Positions 8,365 to 13,915 of a stretch of DNA of 64,000 nucleotides are shown in pieces. The translations under genes were made by a program, and so were the position numbers. The notes under the pieces are model-generated. The model did not search any database, was not told the origin of the DNA, and saw only the letters and a program-made list of their open reading frames with translations. Position 1 is the first letter of the stretch, and each line of letters begins with the position of its first letter. The DNA lies in the IMG/VR virus record IMGVR_UViG_3300046787_000286, positions 62,001 through 126,000 of that record; one strand, given 5' to 3'.

Positions 8365-8619
8365 TTATTCTTCGTCGACTTCTTCTGAGTCGATTACTAC
8401 AATATCTTCTGCATCGATGTCTTCTTCATCGATTTCGTCGAGTACAACTTCTGCTTCTTCAACTACAGGTGCAGCCACAGGTTTCTTAGGTCTACCCCAT
8501 GCCGAGTAACTTGCACCTTCTACTCTACCGCTTACATTCGGTTCAATTTTTTGAATAGTGCCTCCACGAGCTAAGAACTCCTGGATAGCAAGGTCGGTTG
8601 AATTGTCTCTGTTACTCAT
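8365..8619 (-). CDS. hypothetical protein with acidic C-terminal tail
   Basis: AAGGA RBS, start MSNRDNST; IQEFLARGG motif; D/E-rich tail. Confidence 0.7.
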   Translation of the reverse strand: MSNRDNSTDLAIQEFLARGGTIQKIEPNVSGRVEGASYSAWGRPKKPVAAPVVEEAEVVLDEIDEEDIDAEDIVVIDSEEVDEE

Positions 8620-8637
8620 ATGTTCCTTTAAGTTAAT

Positions 8638-8713
8638 TGGTCCGGCGTGCAGGAATCGAACCCACATTCATGAGGTAGAAGCTCATTGTACTATCCATTG
8701 TACTAACGCCAGA
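8638..8713 (-). tRNA. trnR: tRNA-Arg(TCT)
   Basis: loop CTTCTAC, CCA. Confidence 0.95.
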
Positions 8714-8715
8714 TA

Positions 8716-8816
8716 TGGTAGGAGCGGTGGGAATTGAACCCACGTTAACTGCCTTATCTAGACAGTGCTTACGGCTGTATAAGGGCCGCCCTTAGGCCAA
8801 CATTAGCAACACTCCC
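8716..8816 (-). tRNA. atypical 101-nt class II tRNA with TAT anticodon
   Basis: 7-bp acceptor stem, T-arm GTGGG-TTCAATT-CCCAC, loop CTTATAC, about 28-nt variable arm, A73, CCA. Confidence 0.7.
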
Positions 8817-8907
8817 ATTGAAAAACACACTTAGACGTAGTAGTTCTTTAGTCCACTAAGATACACGACTACCACTCGTGTCATTAGTTAAATGTGTTTA
8901 TCAATGG
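8815..8907 (-). ncRNA. stem-clamped spacer RNA E (between Glu CCA and the TAT tRNA)
   Basis: CCATTGATAAACACATTT/AAGTGTGTTTTTCAATGG terminal stem. Confidence 0.65.
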
Positions 8908-8979
8908 AGTCGCATACGGGTTACGATCCCGTCTGGTCACCTTGAAAGGGTGATGACCTCACCAGAAGTCTAATGCGAC
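8905..8979 (-). tRNA. trnE: tRNA-Glu(TTC)
   Basis: loop CTTTCAA, CCA. Confidence 0.9.
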
Positions 8980-8988
8980 ATTGTTGAA

Positions 8989-9206
8989 TTTGTAAGTAGT
9001 TGAGCCACTTTTATCTCAACTTTTTTCCTGATTATACAAGTCCGGACAGGGGGCGGCATGACACTTGGGATACTAAGTCCAGCGTGGCAACCATACTGCA
9101 CCGATCCTTTCGGATCAGCCGGGAGTCGAACCCGCTTGCCTTTTACTACACAACACCTTCGAAGAATATTGAATAGCGTGACATTCTCTTGCTGACACTT
9201 ACAAAA
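8989..9206 (-). ncRNA. about 215-nt structured RNA with an internal T-arm
   Basis: terminal TTTGTAAGT/ACTTACAAA stem; GGG-TTCGACT-CCC at 9121-9133; GATCC-GAAA-GGATC hairpin. Confidence 0.55.
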
Positions 9207-9207
9207 T

Positions 9208-9281
9208 TGGTGGAGGATAACAGAATCGAACTGTTGCGAAAACCTTGCAAAGGTCCCAGGCTACCACTACATCAATCCCCC
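9208..9281 (-). tRNA. trnA: tRNA-Ala(TGC)
   Basis: loop TTTGCAA, GGG start, CCA. Confidence 0.95.
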
Positions 9282-9292
9282 GAATTTTTTAC

Positions 9293-9367
9293 TGGAGCCT
9301 TTGTAAAGAATCGAACTTCAGTTCCCGGCTTCGTAGACCAGTGTATTATCCATTATACGACAAAGGC
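9293..9367 (-). tRNA. trnR: tRNA-Arg(ACG)
   Basis: loop CTACGAA, CCA. Confidence 0.95.
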
Positions 9368-9374
9368 AAATTGT

Positions 9375-9447
9375 TAGGCCCCGGAGGGAGGAATCGAACC
9401 TCCATTGGTTGTATACGGACCGTGTTACCATTACACTACAACCGGGA
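9375..9447 (-). pseudogene. degenerate tRNA-like element
   Basis: intact D-arm GTGTAATGGTAACAC and T-arm GGAGG-TTCGATT-CCTCC; weak anticodon arm; ends in CCTA. Confidence 0.6.
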
Positions 9448-9453
9448 TATAGG

Positions 9454-9604
9454 TTTTTGAGAGTTCCAACTATCTTTCTCAAGGACTCGCCGGGCTTGTC
9501 TCGTATGAGGGAGTTTAAACTACCTTGTGTTGCTACTGGTGTGTCAGTCTCAAGAATAGGGACCTAGCGCACAAGGGACTCAACCTCTACGTCTATCTCA
9601 AAAA
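9454..9604 (-). ncRNA. about 150-nt spacer RNA closed by TTTTTGAGA/TCTCAAAAA
   Basis: 9-bp terminal inverted repeat directly after the tRNA-Thr CCA. Confidence 0.45.
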
Positions 9605-9605
9605 T

Positions 9606-9679
9606 TGGTGCCCCATAACAGAATCGAACTGCTATCCCCGGATTACAAAACCGGTGTTCTACCATTTAACTAATGGGGC
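9606..9679 (-). tRNA. trnT: tRNA-Thr(TGT)
   Basis: loop TTTGTAA, CCA. Confidence 0.95.
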
Positions 9680-9686
9680 AAATTGT

Positions 9687-9765
9687 TGGCTCCGTGTGTG
9701 AGATTCGAACTCACCTAGTCACTGATTAACAGTCAGGTCCTTGCACCTAGCTTGGATTTCACGGA
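9687..9765 (-). tRNA. trnN: tRNA-Asn(GTT), second copy
   Basis: loop CTGTTAA, CCA. Confidence 0.9.
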
Positions 9766-9772
9766 ATAAAAT

Positions 9773-9978
9773 TGGCGTTCCTTGTAGATTTTCACTACTG
9801 CTACACTAACGAGAGCGTTACAAGTCTTCCTTATCGTGCAGCTGGTTAGGCCTATTGTCAGGAGTTACGAAGCGTTTAGTATTCAGATCTGACCTGCGAC
9901 CAAGCAGCGATGCCTGTCAACTACTACTTCACCTTGCAGAGCACTGAGAGCTCGCTGTGTCATCCTTTACGGAGGAAC
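9773..9978 (-). ncRNA. 206-nt CCA-tailed RNA with acceptor/T-arm mimic
   Basis: GTTCCT/AGGAAC stem + G + CCA; GTAG-TGAAAAT-CTAC arm immediately 5' of the acceptor strand. Confidence 0.6.
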
Positions 9979-9985
9979 ATAAAAT

Positions 9986-10060
9986 TGGCGGTCCCAGGGG
10001 GTAACGATCCCCCTCCTCAGCAGTGACAGTGCTGTGTGCGTCCATGAACACCTTGAGACC
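9986..10060 (-). tRNA. trnD: tRNA-Asp(GTC)
   Basis: loop CTGTCAC, G73, CCA. Confidence 0.95.
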
Positions 10061-10065
10061 TAAAT

Positions 10066-10138
10066 TAAGAAAAACACATTGTAAGGGGTTCTCTGGTCAC
10101 CTCTACACGCTTTTGTATACGCAATGTGTCTTATATGG
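10066..10138 (-). ncRNA. stem-clamped spacer RNA F (after Tyr CCA)
   Basis: AAGACACATTG/CAATGTGTTTT stem. Confidence 0.5.
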
Positions 10139-10220
10139 TGGAGGTGGCTGGACTTGAACCAACAATGCACAAGGGCGGCGGATTTACAGTCCACTGGGGA
10201 TACCATTTTCCTACACCTCC
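10136..10220 (-). tRNA. trnY: tRNA-Tyr(GTA)
   Basis: loop CTGTAAA, variable arm, CCA. Confidence 0.95.
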
Positions 10221-10324
10221 ATAATTCTTCTGCCGACCGGACCTGCCCCGATAATATACTAGATACGTTAAATCTAGCCTTTCTAATGATACGTGCTTTC
10301 TTCACACGAATGACGACAAATTCT

Positions 10325-10408
10325 TGGTAGGACCGACCGGAATCGAACCGGTACGCATTACGCGGCAGATTTTAAGTCTGCTGTGGCTACCTATTACACC
10401 ACGGTCCC
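10325..10408 (-). tRNA. trnL: tRNA-Leu(TAA)
   Basis: loop CTTAAAA, variable arm, CCA. Confidence 0.95.
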
Positions 10409-10501
10409 ATAAATTGTTCTGGCGGTGCGAAACCATCTGCACACTTACGCCTCTTAGCTTCTCACACCCGGGTGTTTACGCTTGGGTCATCGCCTGAAAC
10501 T

Positions 10502-10592
10502 TGGTGGACAACAATGGGAATCTAACCCACTTCTCCCTCCTATGCTATTAGGAAGTTTCAGCACAGCATCAGTGCATCACGACAGTAAGTCC
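10502..10592 (-). ncRNA. CCA-tailed tRNA-like RNA with altered T-loop
   Basis: GGAC/GTCC + A + CCA; GTGGG-TTAGATT-CCCAT arm; no recognisable anticodon arm. Confidence 0.5.
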
Positions 10593-10599
10593 ATAAACT

Positions 10600-10630
10600 T
10601 GGAAGAGCGTAGGGGAGTCGAACCCCTCTA
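10600..10630 (-). pseudogene. orphan tRNA 3' fragment (T-arm, acceptor strand, U73, CCA), Cys-like
   Basis: AGGGG-TTCGACT-CCCCT-ACGCTCT-T-CCA fused to the HNH stop codon; no matching 5' half seen nearby. Confidence 0.6.
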
Positions 10631-11065
10631 CAAGTCTTCTAAATCTTTTATACTCAAACTGGCTCGGTTAGTTTTTCCACTGCCCCAGCCAGTTTGCAAT
10701 CCTTTTAGCATATTTGCTTTTGCCTCTGGGCTAGCGTTTCTGCTACCCCATGTGTCTGTTTGTGTATGACAGTTAGGACAAAGCCAAGTCACATTGTCAA
10801 TGGTATTGTTTTTTGGATCGCCGTCGATATGTTCTAACTGGAGAACTAATTTCTTGCCATTCCAATCACTAATACCACAACAACTGCACTTATACTCTGA
10901 AAATCTCTTTAGATAAGTTTTAGCATTGCCTTTATTGGCTTTGCCACTTTCCATTATAGTTTTTATCCTATAATCTTGAGTGCATTCTCTACTACAAAAA
11001 TGCCCTGATTGTTGCGAATCAAAATACTTGTATTCTGTGTTGCAACTTTTACACAATCCAATCAT
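10628..11065 (-). CDS. HNH homing endonuclease with Zn-ribbon N-terminus
   Basis: CxxC motifs; LQLEHIDGDPKNN...LCPNCH. Confidence 0.9.
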   Translation of the reverse strand: MIGLCKSCNTEYKYFDSQQSGHFCSRECTQDYRIKTIMESGKANKGNAKTYLKRFSEYKCSCCGISDWNGKKLVLQLEHIDGDPKNNTIDNVTWLCPNCHTQTDTWGSRNASPEAKANMLKGLQTGWGSGKTNRASLSIKDLEDL

Positions 11066-11107
11066 TGGTTAGTTCTCCTTGCATTTATTTAGCAAACTAA
11101 CCAATAA

Positions 11108-11182
11108 TGGTACTCCGAAGGAGAATCGAACTCCTCTTTCCGCCTTGAAAGGGCAGCGTCCTAACCGATAGACGACCGGAGC
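11108..11182 (-). tRNA. trnE: tRNA-Glu(TTC), second copy
   Basis: loop CTTTCAA, CCA. Confidence 0.95.
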
Positions 11183-11190
11183 ATAATAAA

Positions 11191-11425
11191 CACTATACAT
11201 AAACACATTGGGATGATTGACAACAACCTATCTAGGCTAACCACGCTATCGTCTAGCGACTGGCTGTCAAACACATTACAATCCTACCTGGTCCAGCGTG
11301 ACTACTGATCAAAGCCTAAGCCGATTTCCATCTTTCATGTAACATAGCACGGCTGACACGGCTGTCAACATCGCGATGCTATTGTTACCTACTGGGGCGG
11401 TAACCCAATGCGTTTGTGTATAGTG
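11191..11425 (-). ncRNA. stem-clamped RNA G (235 nt)
   Basis: CACTATACACAAACGCATTGGG/CCCAATGTGTTTATGTATAGTG, about 22-bp terminal stem. Confidence 0.65.
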
Positions 11426-11501
11426 TCCGGAACTGAATCCGGATTCACTATACAAAAATAAATTTTTAATGAACATTAGCTAGTTGCCTAACTAAGTGTC
11501 T

Positions 11502-11670
11502 AGTATAACATGATTGCCGATACTAGTCAATTTATTTGTTGCAAGTCCTTACACTTTGTAGGGTTACTTGGTATTCAGTTAGTTGCCTAACTTCCTAACT
11601 AGCCTCTAGTATAACACTCTTTTGATAAGTGGTCTACCACAAAATATTAACCCTACGCAATGTAGGGTTA
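11502..11670 (-). promoter_or_regulatory. tandem sigma70 promoters, each preceded by a palindromic box
   Basis: TTGACT-17-TATACT (11502-11530) and TAGACC-17-TATACT (11608-11636); TAACCCTAC-N5-GTAGGGTTA at 11648-11670 and a variant at about 11544-11566. Confidence 0.7.
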
Positions 11671-11691
11671 TGTAATACTTTTGTTTGTAGA

Positions 11692-11767
11692 TGGTCTCCA
11701 TAGAAGGATTTGAACCTTCACCACATGCTCCCAAAGCATGGACGCTACCAGGTTACGCCATACGGAG
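11692..11767 (-). tRNA. trnP: tRNA-Pro(TGG)
   Basis: loop TTTGGGA, CCA. Confidence 0.95.
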
Positions 11768-11772
11768 ATAAA

Positions 11773-11994
11773 TTATTTTACTTTTGGTTCTTTTGATTTG
11801 TCAAGCTCATGTGGCTCAGCAAATCTTGTAGGTGGATGGTCAAATGTTAGCCCCATCGACTTAAACCAACCTAATGGTTTCCAGTACTTGTGTATAATGT
11901 TGTTGACTATAACTAACCCAACAATGATTACAACAAAACCCATCATTGTCAATACTGACCCGGCTAAAAATACCGCTGCTTGATCCATGTCCAT
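11773..11994 (-). CDS. small single-pass membrane protein
   Basis: hydrophobic AAVFLAGSVLTMMGFVVIIVGLVIV stretch; AAGGA RBS. Confidence 0.65.
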   Translation of the reverse strand: MDMDQAAVFLAGSVLTMMGFVVIIVGLVIVNNIIHKYWKPLGWFKSMGLTFDHPPTRFAEPHELDKSKEPKVK

Positions 11995-12009
11995 AATTTT
12001 TAAAGTCCT

Positions 12010-12086
12010 TTGGAGCGGGCAAAGAGACTCGAACTCTCGACATCTTCCTTGGCAAGGAAGTGCTCTACCAACTGAGCTATACCCGC
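12010..12086 (-). tRNA. trnG: tRNA-Gly(GCC)
   Basis: loop TTGCCAA, U73, CCA. Confidence 0.95.
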
Positions 12087-12136
12087 ATTATATTTTACTT
12101 ATTATACAACACTCTTGCTGTGTTGTAAAGACATTT

Positions 12137-12213
12137 TGGTGCCGCCACGTGAACTCGAATCACGGACCTTCCGCTTATCAAGCGGATGCTCTAACCAACT
12201 GAGCTATGGAGGC
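12137..12213 (-). tRNA. trnI: tRNA-Ile(GAT), second copy
   Basis: loop TTGATAA, CCA. Confidence 0.95.
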
Positions 12214-12218
12214 ATATT

Positions 12219-12307
12219 TGGAGGAAGGATGGTAGAATCGAACTCCAACCGCTTTCGCAGTCCATCTGTTTTCAAGACAGTGCAGGGCCCAGCCCTGATA
12301 ACCTTCC
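12219..12307 (-). tRNA. trnS: tRNA-Ser(TGA)
   Basis: loop CTTGAAA, variable arm, CCA. Confidence 0.9.
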
Positions 12308-12313
12308 ATGTTG

Positions 12314-12387
12314 TGGTCTGGGTAGGAAGAATCGAACTTCCGCATCAAGTATCCAAGACTCGGAGACTACCACTATCTTATACCCAG
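12314..12387 (-). tRNA. trnP: tRNA-Pro(TGG), second copy
   Basis: loop CTTGGAT, CCA. Confidence 0.9.
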
Positions 12388-12394
12388 ATTGTTT

Positions 12395-12469
12395 TGGTGG
12401 ACCGTAGGAGAATCGAACTCCTGCTAAAGCGTTGCAAACGCCCTGTGCTACCATTATCACTAACAGCCC
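12395..12469 (-). tRNA. trnA: tRNA-Ala(TGC), second copy
   Basis: loop TTTGCAA, G3-U70, CCA. Confidence 0.95.
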
Positions 12470-12478
12470 ATAAATTGT

Positions 12479-12552
12479 TGGCACGGGAACTAGGGATCGA
12501 ACCTAGGACGACAGAGTCAAAGTCTGTTGTGTTACCTCTACACCATTCCCGA
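12479..12552 (-). tRNA. trnQ: tRNA-Gln(TTG)
   Basis: loop CTTTGAC, CCA. Confidence 0.95.
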
Positions 12553-12908
12553 ACAAATTTTTAACGCACTGTTGCCAATGCGTGTATTAAAAAGCACAGA
12601 TGTCTATGCTCTTTAATACGCTGGGTTTTTTCACACACCACAAAAGGTGCTTCTCATCCCCCAGGCCGCCCTCATTCTAGATTTTTATAGTGACTCTACG
12701 GCTCGCGTTGCCTAACCACTGTTGCTTAACCCAAGACCGGAGTCTTGCGTCTAGCCTTAAACTGTGCTGTTGCACGTTCTAGCTTCTGAGTAATGAGCGT
12801 TTGTCTTTGCTCAGAAGTTAAAGTATGCGTCCTCAACCAATCCTTCTTATCGTTGGGTATGGATTTTACTATGTCTGTCATTAATTGTCAATTCCTACTT
12901 TAGTTTTA

Positions 12909-12947
12909 CAAAACAAAAAACCCTAGGAGTTTTAGTCCTAGGGTCCT
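12909..12947 (-). terminator. intrinsic terminator (candidate attenuator)
   Basis: ACCCTAGGA-CTAAAAC-TCCTAGGGT followed by TTTTTGTTTT. Confidence 0.75.
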
Positions 12948-12969
12948 TTAGTTTGTAAGTTACTTGCTG

Positions 12970-13119
12970 TTAAGCGTAACCTGCTCCCTCGGACCCTAAG
13001 ATAATCTCTGGTGTGCGATCATTACTATTCATTCCTGATGCAAACCATACGGCGGGGCATGTGCCCAAGCCTTTAGCCTGTGTCTGGAGTGATAACGAAT
13101 AATAATGTATGTTGTTCAT
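12970..13119 (-). CDS. 49-aa leaderless leader-peptide candidate
   Basis: MNNIHYYSLSLQTQAKGLGTCPAVWFASGMNSNDRTPEIILGSEGAGYA; ATG is 6 nt after a TATAAT box. Confidence 0.55.
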   Translation of the reverse strand: MNNIHYYSLSLQTQAKGLGTCPAVWFASGMNSNDRTPEIILGSEGAGYA

Positions 13120-13125
13120 GTTAGT

Positions 13126-13154
13126 ATTATATGTGTTTATTTATACCTTGTCAA
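13126..13154 (-). promoter_or_regulatory. overlapping sigma70 and late promoter
   Basis: TTGACA-17-TATAAT with TATAAATA inside the spacer. Confidence 0.8.
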
Positions 13155-13204
13155 CCTAGTGTTGAGCTTTTATTTAGCCTTTTGGCAAAATTAGTTTGAT
13201 TATG

Positions 13205-13387
13205 TTATGATTTTCGTCTAGAACAGTTGGGATCATTGCAAACACTAATTCTCTTGCGATCACAGTGTGGACAATCTTTTGCGATCATCCATGTTTTTAA
13301 AAACATGGGTTTTTCATTCTTACCCGGTTTATCATTGCCTGAACATTGCGTGTAAATCATAATAGCCTCCTTGGCTACTATATACAA
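13205..13387 (-). CDS. small Cys-rich (Zn-finger-like) protein
   Basis: CPHC...CNDPNC. Confidence 0.45.
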   Translation of the reverse strand: MYIVAKEAIMIYTQCSGNDKPGKNEKPMFLKTWMIAKDCPHCDRKRISVCNDPNCSRRKS

Positions 13388-13421
13388 CGCCTTGCAAGTT
13401 ACTTACGTTGACACAAAAGGT

Positions 13422-13449
13422 AAAAAAGAATGCCCGCCGAAACGGGCAT
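13422..13449 (-). terminator. intrinsic terminator after the tmRNA coding piece
   Basis: ATGCCCG-TTTCGG-CGGGCAT-TCTTTTTT. Confidence 0.85.
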
Positions 13450-13835
13450 GGTTGTTTAGGTTACAAGGTAAGTCCTACCCCGGGTGCATGGGTTATTAAG
13501 CCAATACAGCAGCACGACGAGCGATTTTTACACCGCGAGCGTTGATAGCTACTTCACCTTTTGTATTTGCGTTTGCATTTACGTTTTTTTGCGTCTACGG
13601 CCGAGTTCCCCCAACCCTACGGCTTCTGCTTTGCCGAGCTGTCCACTTGTTTACTTGTTGCCCTGTCGAAACCATGGCAGGCCCATTATAAAACACACTA
13701 TTCCGTTATCCCACGTCTAGAACGATAACTGGGGCTCCGTAGAGCTAATGTGTTTTATGGTGGACCTGGCGGGAGTCGAACCCGCGTCCAGAACACTTTT
13801 CTCTTTGCTTCTTTCCTTACGGTTTTTACAGCAAT
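13450..13835 (-). ncRNA. ssrA: circularly permuted (two-piece) tmRNA
   Basis: acceptor piece ending GCGGGTTCGACTCCCGCCAGGTCCACCA (13758-13835) precedes the coding piece starting GGGCCTGCCATGGTTTCGAC (13684); G3-U70; tag ORF ANANTKGEVAINARGVKIARRAAVLA (13496-13576); promoter TTGACT-17-TATAAT at 13842-13870. Confidence 0.9.
13683..13760 (-). ncRNA. tmRNA intervening segment, equivalent to stem-clamped spacer I
   Basis: CCATAAAACACATTA/TAGTGTGTTTTATAATGG stem. Confidence 0.7.
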
Positions 13836-13872
13836 ACAACAATTATATATGACTTCTTTTAAAAAGTCAATA

Positions 13873-13895
13873 GAAAAGCCCACCGAAGTGGGCTT
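13873..13895 (-). terminator. intrinsic terminator
   Basis: AAGCCCAC-TTCG-GTGGGCTT-TTC. Confidence 0.8.
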
Positions 13896-13915
13896 AATAG
13901 TTAATCTAGTTTAGA

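Noticed and set aside
7379-10592. Hammerhead ribozymes suggested by CTGATGA (near 7440) and CTGATG...GAAAC (near 10560)
   Set aside because: The required stem II-GAAA geometry and full CUGANGA core could not be assembled.
2750-13720. Track ORFs overlapping tRNAs/ncRNAs (e.g. 2750-2968, 6711-6947, 7555-7764, 7964-8173, 9189-9460, 10060-10769, 11987-12564, 13484-13720)
   Set aside because: They are shadows of RNA genes: no RBS and no protein-like composition.
6882-13760. CRISPR array or integron attC interpretation of the recurring stems
   Set aside because: The repeats are inverted, irregularly spaced and interleaved with tRNAs; there are no cas or intI genes and no GTTRRRY cores; the G-U bias is strand-specific.
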